From positions 1 through 35,224 of the IMG/VR virus record IMGVR_UViG_3300005805_000244: a stretch of DNA of 35,224 nt; one strand, given 5' to 3'. A model generated the notes under the pieces. It searched no databases, had not been told where the DNA came from, and saw only the letters and a program-made list of their open reading frames with translations. The number at the start of each line of letters is the position of its first letter. Position 1 is the first letter of the stretch. The stretch comes from a virus (Duplodnaviria > Caudoviricetes). Positions 1 through 9,685 of this stretch are shown here, piece after piece. The translations under genes were made by a program, and so were the position numbers.

Positions 1-99
1 GTTCTTCAATGAAACATTAACCAATGATAATGTTGCCTTGAGATGGGATGTGCAAGGTGCAATTGCACAATTCTTGAATGCTGGAAACACCAAGTTCAT
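1..99 (+). repeat. 99-bp terminal overlap, copy 1 (circular assembly)
   Basis: 1-99 is identical to 35126-35224. Confidence 0.97.
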
Positions 100-910
100 G
101 GCATCATCAAATGCAAATACAGGATTGTATACAACATACAATGTTGGATTGAATACATACATGGCAGACATTGAGCCATTTGCATTTCAAGATGATTCGA
201 CACCACCAAACAATGACCCAAGCAATAGTTATTCAAACACTTTGTATGAATATACTGCGAATGCAAATGGGATATATTCATTCCGTGTTAAATTGAAATG
301 GAAGTGGGAAGCATTTGTTGCCTTTGATTTCATCAATGGCAATGGACTTGCTGCCATTGGATGGAGAGTCAATGTCAAAGCATATAATGGTGTTACATTT
401 CAAAGAGAAAATAGTTCGTTGACACCAATAAAAACAACACAAGCAATCAACTTATTTCAAGGAACACCATTCAGTCCACCAAAAACATTTACCGATGAAG
501 TATTTGTTGACATATTTCTTGCCGCTGGAGAAACTGCAAGAATAAATATTGAATATGATTGGTCTGCAATAAGTGGTGAAACCGACCCATTACAAGCATA
601 CATCAATAAACTTGGCTCTCATTCAGTTCGTTTCTTATCTGGATGTGAGTTTGAATGTGTTGGAACGGCTGATGGTGGTGGCATATACAAAGAATCAACA
701 AGCAATACTTATCATGTTTCATTATTTAAATACGATTATCCTATCAGCGAAAACGATTGGATAACATTAAAGTCAAACCCATCAAGGGCAATAATGTTTG
801 GCATTGACAATGCATCAAAGAAAGGATGGATAAACAACATTGATAGAAACTCATCAACTGGCATGGCATCCATCGAATTGATTTCAAATCTTGAAAATAC
901 AAGCAATTAA
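2..910 (+). CDS. C-terminal part of tail-tip/hub-like structural protein that starts at 33993 and crosses the circular junction (~680 aa total)
   Basis: Frame of 33993 ATG continues through ...PPVFFNETLTNDNVALRWDVQG into the 38..910 frame; lies directly after the tape measure gene. Confidence 0.75.
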   Translation, partial: FFNETLTNDNVALRWDVQGAIAQFLNAGNTKFMASSNANTGLYTTYNVGLNTYMADIEPFAFQDDSTPPNNDPSNSYSNTLYEYTANANGIYSFRVKLKWKWEAFVAFDFINGNGLAAIGWRVNVKAYNGVTFQRENSSLTPIKTTQAINLFQGTPFSPPKTFTDEVFVDIFLAAGETARINIEYDWSAISGETDPLQAYINKLGSHSVRFLSGCEFECVGTADGGGIYKESTSNTYHVSLFKYDYPISENDWITLKSNPSRAIMFGIDNASKKGWINNIDRNSSTGMASIELISNLENTSN

Positions 911-2451
911 TGTCAACTACATACATACCAAATCAACCTGTTGTCTTTCAATATACAACCGATGCTTGTGCAGAACCATCACCGAAGTATGTGCAACTTG
1001 CAACATTGAATGACACAACGCAATTTCAAATTAAACTCACACCATGTCCCGATTGCGTTAATCAAATCAGTCCGGAAAACTTTACTGCTGATCCGGAAGA
1101 ATGGACTGAATCTTATTGCAAAGTAAGTGAGGGATTGACACCATTGTCAATTTTAATTGGCAATGATGGACAATACATTCAATGGACATTCACGGTTACC
1201 GATATTTCGGGTTCATTCACATTGCAAATTGGTTCAACAATTCTTGCAGTAATCACATCAATAGGAACATATACATTCACATTCTTATCTGTTGATGACA
1301 ACACAATTTATTTTTATCCCGATTCTACAACATCAACGATTTGTTTTGATGACATTGTCGAAAGCAATGCTTGTGTTGTTCCTGTAAATTATCGCATGAC
1401 CATCAAAGACTCAAACGGAAACTTTGTTGCAGAGATAGACAAGGCATGGACAATTGCAGAAGACTCATTGACAACATCAATCAATTGGTCATCATATCCA
1501 TCCGTTGTTGAGGGTGGTTGCTACTACATTTGTATCGCAGACCCATGCGTTAACACCGATGACCAAAACATCGAAGATGTATTTTCGCATGAATATACCA
1601 TCCTTGAAACCAATGCAACATTGACACCATCTGAAGGTGGAACGGTTCTAACATATGCATCAGTTCTTTTGAGTGGTCAAGCAACTGCGGTCTTTGACAA
1701 TTCAACATTAATTGATGGACAATGCTACACGGTTTCATGGTCAGTAGATGAAATCAATTGCGTAAGGTATCGGTTTAGTCATAATGGAGGCACAACCCCT
1801 TGGCAAACAACTGATGCACCATTTAGTCATTCATTCACATGGAACACAGGAGATTTACTGCAATTGCAAATTGAATCACATGGAACTGGTTGCGACACAT
1901 TTGACTTGACTATCTTTCAAATTAAGATTCAAGTGTGTGCCTCTGCAATCGTTTGTGATTGTTGTTCAAATATGTTCAAGATTGTCGATGGTGACTGCAC
2001 CCACTTGGTGAAAGTCTGCAATGATAAGAATGCATTCGGCTTTGTGTTTAATGGTTCATTCTTTACACCGAACATCAGACTCAAATCAAGACTTGTTCGT
2101 GGCAAATATTCAGCAGAGAGAGAGTCATTTGAAGATTCACTTGGAAACAAGAACACCGTATATTTCAAACGCAGAAAAAGCCGTGAGTTCAGAGTCGATT
2201 CAGTCGCTGAATATGTGCATGATTTCCTGTCAACACTTGCCGGATATGACCATCTATATATCGATGGTGTTGAATATTTTGTCGATGATGATGAGTATTC
2301 AGTCACATATGCAACACGCAATGACATCGAAGCCATGACCACAATCAATGTATCTGAAAAAGTCCAGTTGGTAGAGAATAAGAATTGTGGCAACACATCT
2401 GCATATTGTGCTACCATTGAACCGCCAACAAAGACTTGTAATTTCTGCTAA
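910..2451 (+). CDS. Cys-rich minor tail/structural protein
   Basis: 513 aa, beta-rich and acidic, coupled to the previous gene (TAATG), tail-module position. Confidence 0.6.
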   Translation: MSTTYIPNQPVVFQYTTDACAEPSPKYVQLATLNDTTQFQIKLTPCPDCVNQISPENFTADPEEWTESYCKVSEGLTPLSILIGNDGQYIQWTFTVTDISGSFTLQIGSTILAVITSIGTYTFTFLSVDDNTIYFYPDSTTSTICFDDIVESNACVVPVNYRMTIKDSNGNFVAEIDKAWTIAEDSLTTSINWSSYPSVVEGGCYYICIADPCVNTDDQNIEDVFSHEYTILETNATLTPSEGGTVLTYASVLLSGQATAVFDNSTLIDGQCYTVSWSVDEINCVRYRFSHNGGTTPWQTTDAPFSHSFTWNTGDLLQLQIESHGTGCDTFDLTIFQIKIQVCASAIVCDCCSNMFKIVDGDCTHLVKVCNDKNAFGFVFNGSFFTPNIRLKSRLVRGKYSAERESFEDSLGNKNTVYFKRRKSREFRVDSVAEYVHDFLSTLAGYDHLYIDGVEYFVDDDEYSVTYATRNDIEAMTTINVSEKVQLVENKNCGNTSAYCATIEPPTKTCNFC

Positions 2452-2454
2452 CAA

Positions 2455-3135
2455 ATGAAAATTCTTGTAAAGTTTCCGACCCGGTCAAGACCTGATAAGT
2501 TCCTGTCAACACTCAAAGGTTACATCGATAACACATACGATGAATCAAATATTGACTACTTAATCACATTGGATTCAGATGATCCGTCAATGAATGATGA
2601 TGTTTTGAAATCAATCAATGCATTGTCCAAAAACATCACAATCAATCATGGCACATCGACATCAAAGATTCATGCAGTCAATCGTGGGTTGGAGCTTTAC
2701 AAGAAACATTGGGATATTATTGTTCTTGCATCTGATGACATGGTTTGTATGCGTAAGCATTGGGATGACATCATCATTCGCAACATGAAGAGTTTCTATT
2801 CTGATACCGATGGAACATTGTGGTTTTGGGATGGTGACATAAACACAAAGAAGAATGGTCTTTGCACCATGAACATCATGGGCAGAAAATATTATGATAG
2901 ATTCGGTTACCTATACCATCCATCATACATCAGTCTTTGGTGCGACAATGAATACACGGATGTTGCAATGCAACTGAACAAGATGGTATTCATTGATGAT
3001 GTCTTATTCAAGCACATTCATTTCAGCAATACACCAGGAATGCGACCAGATGCATTGATGCAGAAGACTCAATCTTATTTCATGCGTGACAAAGAGAACT
3101 ACTATAAACGCAAACAAATAAACTTTGGACTATGA
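2455..3135 (+). CDS. GT-A fold (GT2-like) glycosyltransferase
   Basis: N-terminal KFPTRSRP, VLASDDM DxD-like motif, SLWCDNE, terminal HIH. Confidence 0.8.
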   Translation: MKILVKFPTRSRPDKFLSTLKGYIDNTYDESNIDYLITLDSDDPSMNDDVLKSINALSKNITINHGTSTSKIHAVNRGLELYKKHWDIIVLASDDMVCMRKHWDDIIIRNMKSFYSDTDGTLWFWDGDINTKKNGLCTMNIMGRKYYDRFGYLYHPSYISLWCDNEYTDVAMQLNKMVFIDDVLFKHIHFSNTPGMRPDALMQKTQSYFMRDKENYYKRKQINFGL

Positions 3136-3881
3136 GTCAAATGATTTGCACACATAATGCCGGAGCGACATCGTGCATGACAATGCGATTGCATGAGGCA
3201 ATTGAGTTCTATGAACGATTTGGATACTATCCCGATTCAATTGATTCATCAAAACAATTTGCATGGTATCAAGATTCGCACTATCAAAATGTCGCACAAA
3301 ATGTCTTTGGTAAATATTGGAACAGACCATTGCCATATGTGCCATTCAAAGAAGATTGGCAATATAGATGGTATGATGATATTAATGTTGATTTATTGAC
3401 ACAAACTGCAAATGCATTGTGTCCATTGCATGAAGAGATTCTTGACATTGCAAAAGACATGATTGAACGCATGGGAAATCGAACTGCAATTCTTTATCGT
3501 GGTAATGATAAAATCAAAGAGGTCGGAAGATGTCAATATGATGTGATTGTTGAAATGGCAAATCAAAGCAAATCAAAACAATTCATTGTGCAGACTGATG
3601 AGCAAGAGTTCTATCAATATTTTGTTTCTCATTTCAATGACACAATTGCATTTGATGAGATACCAAGAATTAGTCGCAATTACAATTCATATGTGATGCC
3701 ATCAAAATCTTATCGCAATGCATTCCTTTGCAACTTTCTTGCCGCACTTTATGCCATCGGTCAAGCAAGGAAACTGATACTTACAACTGGCAACACAGGA
3801 TTGTGGACAATGATTTATCGGGGTCACACAAAGAATGTATGGCAATACAATGGAAAGTTCAATGAATGGAAAAAACTATGA
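3132..3881 (+). CDS. GT-B fucosyltransferase-like protein (NodZ/GT23/O-FucT-like)
   Basis: LYRGNDK resembles the HxRxxD motif; FIVQTDE and LILTTGN resemble the later fucosyltransferase motifs. Confidence 0.6.
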   Translation: MSQMICTHNAGATSCMTMRLHEAIEFYERFGYYPDSIDSSKQFAWYQDSHYQNVAQNVFGKYWNRPLPYVPFKEDWQYRWYDDINVDLLTQTANALCPLHEEILDIAKDMIERMGNRTAILYRGNDKIKEVGRCQYDVIVEMANQSKSKQFIVQTDEQEFYQYFVSHFNDTIAFDEIPRISRNYNSYVMPSKSYRNAFLCNFLAALYAIGQARKLILTTGNTGLWTMIYRGHTKNVWQYNGKFNEWKKL

Positions 3882-4471
3882 AACCAATTCTGACAATCGC
3901 AATACCAACAATCGTTTCAAGGCAAGAAAAGTTTCTTGCATTGATGTCATACATTGAAAAGCAAATCGAAGAATCAAAGTTGCAAAAGAAAGTTGAAGTC
4001 ATCTTTGAGGTTGACAACAAGGAAATCAGCATCGGAGCGAAACGGCAGAAGTTGATTGATAGAGCAAATGGCAAATACCTTGTGATGATTGATGATGATG
4101 ATTGGATTGCAGATGATTATGTAAGTGCAATAATCAAAGCAACGAATGAGGATCCTGACTGCATCGGCTATCTTGAAGATTGCAACTTTGAAGGTGACCG
4201 AAAAGCGACATCATGCATATCAAAAGAATACAATCGATGGGCATCGAATGTCGGAATCTATCAATATGTTCGTTCACCATTCTTTAAGATTCCAATCAAG
4301 ACTGAATTGTGCAAACAAGTTGGATGTTCTGACTTACGATTCGGTGAAGATGCAGACTTTGCCAAACGCATTTATCCACTCATAAAAAGTGAATGTTTTA
4401 TCAATAAAAAGATGTATTTTTACCGATACCAAAACGAAGAGTTCAATTCAAAATACGGAATCAGAAGATAA
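3878..4471 (+). CDS. GT2-family glycosyltransferase
   Basis: LTIAIPT, SIGAKRQKLI, GKYLVMIDDDD, GEDADF; start taken at the ATG overlapping the previous stop. Confidence 0.85.
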   Translation: MKPILTIAIPTIVSRQEKFLALMSYIEKQIEESKLQKKVEVIFEVDNKEISIGAKRQKLIDRANGKYLVMIDDDDWIADDYVSAIIKATNEDPDCIGYLEDCNFEGDRKATSCISKEYNRWASNVGIYQYVRSPFFKIPIKTELCKQVGCSDLRFGEDADFAKRIYPLIKSECFINKKMYFYRYQNEEFNSKYGIRR

Positions 4472-4511
4472 GATTCAACATATAGAAAATCAAATCAAAT
4501 ACTTTCAACAC

Positions 4512-4766
4512 ATGGCAGAAAAGAAAACCAATATACCAAAGACCACCACAGGAAAGGGAAAGAACTTTCTTCCCATTTCACAAGGTGCTGGTATGACTGC
4601 AATCGGAAGAGAAAGATACAATCGTTTGACCGGATCAAACTTGAAAGCTCCCGCTCCAAATCCAAAGACTGAAGCCGACAAGGCAAGAAAGGAATCCTTT
4701 TGTGCAAGGTCTATCGGTTGGACTGGAGAAAGAGGCAAGGCAGCACGGAAACGATGGGATTGCTAA
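4512..4766 (+). CDS. small basic phage protein, DUF6321-like
   Basis: GMTAIGRERYN..GSNLKAP, RKESFCAR and C-terminal RKRWDC pattern; start at ATG 4512. Confidence 0.65.
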   Translation: MAEKKTNIPKTTTGKGKNFLPISQGAGMTAIGRERYNRLTGSNLKAPAPNPKTEADKARKESFCARSIGWTGERGKAARKRWDC

Positions 4767-4831
4767 ATGCAAACAATAATGAAAAACTACATCATACTAC
4801 CATTCTATAAAACCAAAAAAACCAAAAAGTT

Positions 4832-4981
4832 ATGCCACTTAAAAAAGGTTCATCTCCAAAAATCATTTCTGAAAATATCAGAATGGAAATCAAAAAGGGA
4901 CATCCTCAAAAACAAGCCGTAGCAATGGCATTATCATCTGCATATGGTTCATTGAAAAAAGGTAGTTACAAAAAGAAATAA
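4832..4981 (+). CDS. 49-aa basic phage protein, not in ORF track ([36 protein letters not shown]...)
   Basis: Translated by hand; fills the gap before 4986; MPLKKG..S.NI..E...G.PQKQAVA.AL pattern is familiar from phage head regions. Confidence 0.75.
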   Translation: MPLKKGSSPKIISENIRMEIKKGHPQKQAVAMALSSAYGSLKKGSYKKK

Positions 4982-4985
4982 TCAA

Positions 4986-5861
4986 ATGAAATCACAAGGT
5001 GTCTTATTAATCGCAGCACATCATCCTTACTACGGCAATTATGCATATCAACTTGCCGTATCAATCAAAGCAAGTTCACCGAACATTCCCATCTCCATTG
5101 TCTTTGAAGGCAATGGTATTGGTCATTTGAATGCCAAGCAACTTGGATTGTTTGACCATATCATCGAAGCACAGGAGAAACACTATGTGTCAAAATCACT
5201 TGGCACAAAGGACATCTTCAAAATCAAAACACAAGTGTATGACTTGAGTCCTTATGATGTGACATTGTATTTGGATGCTGACATGATTTGGTTGCCAAAG
5301 AAATCAATCAACCAATTGTTTGATGAATTGGCAGATGTTGATTTTACGATGTCAAATCGTGGAAGTCTTTCGATTAATGATGCACCAAATGGTTTCATTG
5401 AATGGGCAACACCATCAGATATAAAATCAATCTACGGATTCAAAGATGAAACGATGTTTCACTTGTCAAGTGAGTTCATCTATTTTAAGAAAACCAAAGA
5501 TGTCAAAGCATTGTTTGAAAAAGTCAAGAAGAATTTCGACTATCCCAAAGTTTCATACAAGGTCTTTGGCAACAATCAACCTGATGAACTGGCATATACC
5601 ATAGCCATGATGCAGACAGGAACATATCCTCACACATCACCATACTATCCGGCATATTGGGAGTCATTTCAGCAAATGAATCTGCAACCATCAAAGATGT
5701 ATGAAGACTATTATCTTTGTTCTTTTGGTGGAGCAATGCAACGCAATAATGTCAAAGAGATATATGACAATCTTGCAAAGTATTATATGAATCAAATTGG
5801 GGAACGATATTTCCCATTAACAAACAAGAATAAATTCTTGCCGGAAAGGGCAATAATATAA
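4986..5861 (+). CDS. GT-A nucleotide-diphospho-sugar transferase (GT8-like)
   Basis: LAVSIK, KTQVYDLSPYDVTLYLDAD (DxD), QPDE. Confidence 0.75.
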   Translation: MKSQGVLLIAAHHPYYGNYAYQLAVSIKASSPNIPISIVFEGNGIGHLNAKQLGLFDHIIEAQEKHYVSKSLGTKDIFKIKTQVYDLSPYDVTLYLDADMIWLPKKSINQLFDELADVDFTMSNRGSLSINDAPNGFIEWATPSDIKSIYGFKDETMFHLSSEFIYFKKTKDVKALFEKVKKNFDYPKVSYKVFGNNQPDELAYTIAMMQTGTYPHTSPYYPAYWESFQQMNLQPSKMYEDYYLCSFGGAMQRNNVKEIYDNLAKYYMNQIGERYFPLTNKNKFLPERAII

Positions 5862-5867
5862 ACGAAA

Positions 5868-7904
5868 ATGACAATAGTTGACAGGTCTTTTGTAGACCAG
5901 TATTTCAACGGTCGGAAGCGACATCATATGTATGCAGATAGTATCGATGAACACTATCATGTATCATTCCATTTCGATGGATTCTTTCGCAAGGCATTTG
6001 ATGATTCTCAAAGATTGGTTGACCACAACCCATACTTTGAAAGATTGATTGACAATATGCGACCCAATGAATCAGAACGATTCAAGAATTGGAGAAGAGA
6101 GAACTATATTCCCGAAAACAAGACTCCATGTTTCAAGGTATTAAACATCTTGAAGAAAGGCATTCGTTCAGAGGACTGGAAGATTGATTGGTCACAAGCA
6201 TTCAATCCACCACAAGTCAAGGAATCGGAGTCACTTGAGAACTATACCGAATACAATTATCCTTATTGGAATAGTGTTGAGAATTGGATGTATTCTTATG
6301 GCATCAAAAAGTTGTTGACTGACCCAAATGGAATCATTGCAGTCATGCCGATTTCATATGATGTGCAACCATCCGAATACTACAAGCCATACACATACAT
6401 CATAGATTCAAAAAGAGTCATTGATTTTGAAGCCGAAGAGTATTTGGTTTATGAATCAGAACGCAAATGCACATACTACTCAAACGGAAGAACATACACC
6501 AATGGCAGAGTCATAACGATAATGACACCACATGAAATATGGGATATTGAACAATCAGGATCAATGGGTTCAACAACCAATTTCAACATGGTTCTCAAGA
6601 TGGTTCACAACATCGGATTTCTTCCGGCATGGCAACTTGGTGGCTTTGTAAAAAAGCATACGGAAGACTATGTCTTGTATGAATCATTCATATCTTCGAT
6701 GTTGCCCGGTCTTGACAAAGCTGCAAGAGAGATGTCTGACTTGGATGCAGAGGTGATTCAAAATATTTTCTCTACAATGTGGAGAGTTGATGGACAAGAT
6801 TGTCAGACTTGTAGTGGCATTGGTAAAGTTCCAACGGCACAAGGTTCGGTTGTTTGTCCGACTTGTAATGGTGATGGAAACTTTGCAAGGTCACCCGAAA
6901 AAGAAATTGTCATCAAGCAAACTGGACTTGCTCCGACATCAGTTCCAATTCCTCCCGCTGGTTATCTTACCAAGCCAACTGACATTGTCAGAGTTCAAGA
7001 TGAAAGGATTCAAAACCACATTCTGAATGCATTGTCATCCATTGGCATGGACTACATCGTAGGTTCATTGAATCAGAGTGGTATATCAAAGCAATATGAC
7101 AGGGAAGAGGCAAACAATTTTGTCTATGCAGTCTACTATCACATTGTCGAAAATATCTTGAATGATGTCTATTTCTTCATCAATGAATATCGAAATTCAA
7201 ATCTTGTCATCAGTTATGATGTGAGACAGACAATGTTGCCGAAGATAAATATTCCTCAAAGGTTTGACATCTTCAGCGAAGGAGTTGTGATGCAACAAAT
7301 CAAGAGTGCAAAAGAGGCGAATGTCGATTCATTGATTACTGATGAAATGGAAATCGACCTTGTCACCAAATATTTCTACAACAATTCAACTTTGCGTGAC
7401 AAGATTGTCACCATTAAACAATGCAATCCATTGCCAAATGTAACTGAACAGGAGAAAGCAGATATGCTTTTGACCAAGTCGGTTTCAAAGGAGGATGTTG
7501 TGTTGAGCAATTACATTGTTGCATTTGTTGAAAGAGCAATTGAAGAAGTAGACAATTTTTTGAATCTGAAAAGGTCAGAGAAGTTGGCAATCCTTTACAA
7601 ATATGCACAAGAAAAGATTGAACAAATCAGTCCAGTTGTCAAGTCAATCACATCAACACCTATTGATGGTGCGACTGCAAATGCTGATGTTGTTGACATC
7701 GAAGCCGAAGCCAAAGCAAATCTCAAAGGTTCAGTCGGTGGTGTGCAAGGTATCCTTGAAGTTCAAAGGTCAGTTGCTCAAGGTATCACGGATCCTGATG
7801 CAGCAATTGCATTGTTGTATGAAATATATGGTTTCGATACTGAAACAGGGGCAAGAATTGTTGGAACACCAAAGCCAGTTGTTGCACCTAACACACAAGC
7901 ATAG
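5868..7904 (+). CDS. portal protein with DnaJ-like zinc-finger insertion
   Basis: 678 aa; QSGISKQYD resembles the SPP1-type portal SG motif; precedes minor head gene; CQTCSGIG...CPTCNGDG. Confidence 0.7.
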   Translation: MTIVDRSFVDQYFNGRKRHHMYADSIDEHYHVSFHFDGFFRKAFDDSQRLVDHNPYFERLIDNMRPNESERFKNWRRENYIPENKTPCFKVLNILKKGIRSEDWKIDWSQAFNPPQVKESESLENYTEYNYPYWNSVENWMYSYGIKKLLTDPNGIIAVMPISYDVQPSEYYKPYTYIIDSKRVIDFEAEEYLVYESERKCTYYSNGRTYTNGRVITIMTPHEIWDIEQSGSMGSTTNFNMVLKMVHNIGFLPAWQLGGFVKKHTEDYVLYESFISSMLPGLDKAAREMSDLDAEVIQNIFSTMWRVDGQDCQTCSGIGKVPTAQGSVVCPTCNGDGNFARSPEKEIVIKQTGLAPTSVPIPPAGYLTKPTDIVRVQDERIQNHILNALSSIGMDYIVGSLNQSGISKQYDREEANNFVYAVYYHIVENILNDVYFFINEYRNSNLVISYDVRQTMLPKINIPQRFDIFSEGVVMQQIKSAKEANVDSLITDEMEIDLVTKYFYNNSTLRDKIVTIKQCNPLPNVTEQEKADMLLTKSVSKEDVVLSNYIVAFVERAIEEVDNFLNLKRSEKLAILYKYAQEKIEQISPVVKSITSTPIDGATANADVVDIEAEAKANLKGSVGGVQGILEVQRSVAQGITDPDAAIALLYEIYGFDTETGARIVGTPKPVVAPNTQA

Positions 7905-7906
7905 CA

Positions 7907-8827
7907 ATGGCGGTTTCAGCAAATCAACTTGTTGAATTGATTGATGAAAGAATCGGGAAGTTTGTTAACACTCTTCCCGAACTTTCACAATCTGCATTCA
8001 AAGACATTCAAGGATTGCTAAAGCAATTGAAACTTGATTCATCCGGTAACATAAAAATATCAGTTGAAAATCTTCGTTTGATTAACAAGATAAAGTCAAG
8101 GGTAGAGAATAGCATCTTGACTGATGCATACTATCAAAACATCTCTGATATCAAAGAATCGTTTGCAGACATAACAACATTGCAAACTGATTATTTCAGT
8201 AAGGCATTTGATGCATTTGATAGACCAAAAGTGATTGCTGAATTGCAAAAAGTGTCTATCAATTCAACCGTTGAATCATTGAGTGAATCAGCAATCAATG
8301 AGAATGTCATTGGTGGAGTCGGTGAAATTCTTGAAAGAAACATCACAAGTGGTTCATCATTCCTTGACTTGAATAAACAACTTACCGATTTCATGGTTGG
8401 GTCTGATAAGATAGACCCGAAGTTGATGTCTTATTCAAGGCAGATAATGACTGACTCATTGAGTCAATACACGGCAAACTATCAGAAAGTTGTTACTGAT
8501 GATTTAGGTTTGAAGTGGTATCAATATGTTGGTTCATTGACTGCAAATACAAGCCGACCATTGTGTGTTGCATTGGTCGAAAAAAGATGGGTGCATGAAA
8601 CCGAAATCGGTGATGCATCAAGAGGTATCGTTGACGGCAAGAATGTCGGTAAGGAAGGTATGATTCCGAACACTACAAAATCAAACTTTCAAGTATTTCG
8701 TGGTGGTTACAATTGCAATCATCTCCTTGTTCCTGTGGCTGAAGAATCAGTCCCGAAAGAAGTCCGTATCAGTTTATATAAAAAGAAAAATATTGAATAC
8801 GATGGCAAAGGTCTTGCCGTCAAATAA
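7907..8827 (+). CDS. minor head/head morphogenesis protein (Mu gpF/SPP1 gp7-like)
   Basis: WYQYVG...SRPLC...RGGYNCNHLLVPV, immediately after portal. Confidence 0.75.
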   Translation: MAVSANQLVELIDERIGKFVNTLPELSQSAFKDIQGLLKQLKLDSSGNIKISVENLRLINKIKSRVENSILTDAYYQNISDIKESFADITTLQTDYFSKAFDAFDRPKVIAELQKVSINSTVESLSESAINENVIGGVGEILERNITSGSSFLDLNKQLTDFMVGSDKIDPKLMSYSRQIMTDSLSQYTANYQKVVTDDLGLKWYQYVGSLTANTSRPLCVALVEKRWVHETEIGDASRGIVDGKNVGKEGMIPNTTKSNFQVFRGGYNCNHLLVPVAEESVPKEVRISLYKKKNIEYDGKGLAVK

Positions 8828-8831
8828 TAAC

Positions 8832-9116
8832 ATGAAAAAGTTTCTGCAAGAGTTTGGAATCGATGTTGCGTTGATGATTGCCGGGATGTTCGGAAGTCTT
8901 TTGATGGTGTCCAAGAAATCAACATTTAATGCAAAGGCATCCATCATTGGAATAGTTTCGGGAACATTATCTGCAAACTATCTCACGCAACTTGTTGTTG
9001 ATTTGTTTGAGTTGACTGGCAAGTCGCAATATGGTATTGCGTTCTTGCTTGGGTATTTTGGATTGAAAGGTGTTGAGAAACTCTTTGAAATATACCAAAA
9101 GAAAAACAACCTATGA
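8832..9116 (+). CDS. holin-like membrane protein
   Basis: About 3 hydrophobic segments, AGMFGS and AFLLGYFGLKGVE, basic tail; start at ATG 8832. Confidence 0.6.
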   Translation: MKKFLQEFGIDVALMIAGMFGSLLMVSKKSTFNAKASIIGIVSGTLSANYLTQLVVDLFELTGKSQYGIAFLLGYFGLKGVEKLFEIYQKKNNL

Positions 9117-9412
9117 ATCTATATACTACAATCAATTTCATATCAAACATCGTTCTTGGTTATTCATTGACTATGTTTTACATTTATCTATTTGCTGATG
9201 CAACAAAGATAGTTCATCGATGGTCATTTGTTGGTCATTGGTCATTGCGTCTTGGTTTGTCTGCAATGATTATCGGAACACTATTCAATGTCTTGACATT
9301 CGACACACCAAGCAAATCACAATTGCTTATGAACATCGGTCTTTCAATAGTCTTTGTATGGGCATATTTATTTCACAAACAATTATTCAAATATAAAAAT
9401 CAAAACAAATGA
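9113..9412 (+). CDS. small membrane protein (~3 TM), possible lysis accessory
   Basis: Hydrophobic; overlaps the holin-like stop. Confidence 0.55.
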   Translation: MNLYTTINFISNIVLGYSLTMFYIYLFADATKIVHRWSFVGHWSLRLGLSAMIIGTLFNVLTFDTPSKSQLLMNIGLSIVFVWAYLFHKQLFKYKNQNK

Positions 9413-9645
9413 AGTATCAATTCAAAGGTTTTCATCATGTTGCACCTGTAAAGCAATCAATGAGTGGTGATGGTTCTTTCATATACACCGTCATCTATTT
9501 TGTGCATAATACCGAAAACGATTCGGTGTCTTCTGAAATAGTTGAAATCAGTGTTCCCGGATCAACAACCAATTCAGAAACCAATCCATACATCATGAAC
9601 AATATCATGATGAGAATCAATGCTGCACTTAACAAAATCAGTTAA
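9409..9645 (+). CDS. hypothetical protein
   Basis: ATGA overlap with the previous gene; followed by a hairpin. Confidence 0.6.
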   Translation: MKYQFKGFHHVAPVKQSMSGDGSFIYTVIYFVHNTENDSVSSEIVEISVPGSTTNSETNPYIMNNIMMRINAALNKIS

Positions 9646-9648
9646 TTG

Positions 9649-9676
9649 ATGGGGAGTATAATGCTCCCCATTTATT
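9649..9676 (+). terminator. hairpin, possible intrinsic terminator
   Basis: ATGGGGAG / CTCCCCAT stem followed by TTATT. Confidence 0.55.
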
Positions 9677-9685
9677 CATATTCAT

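Noticed and set aside
2455-5861. GTs as a T4-like DNA glucosylation system
   Set aside because: No hydroxymethylase, TET/JBP or polymerase was recognised and the genes lie in the structural module; disfavoured but not formally excluded
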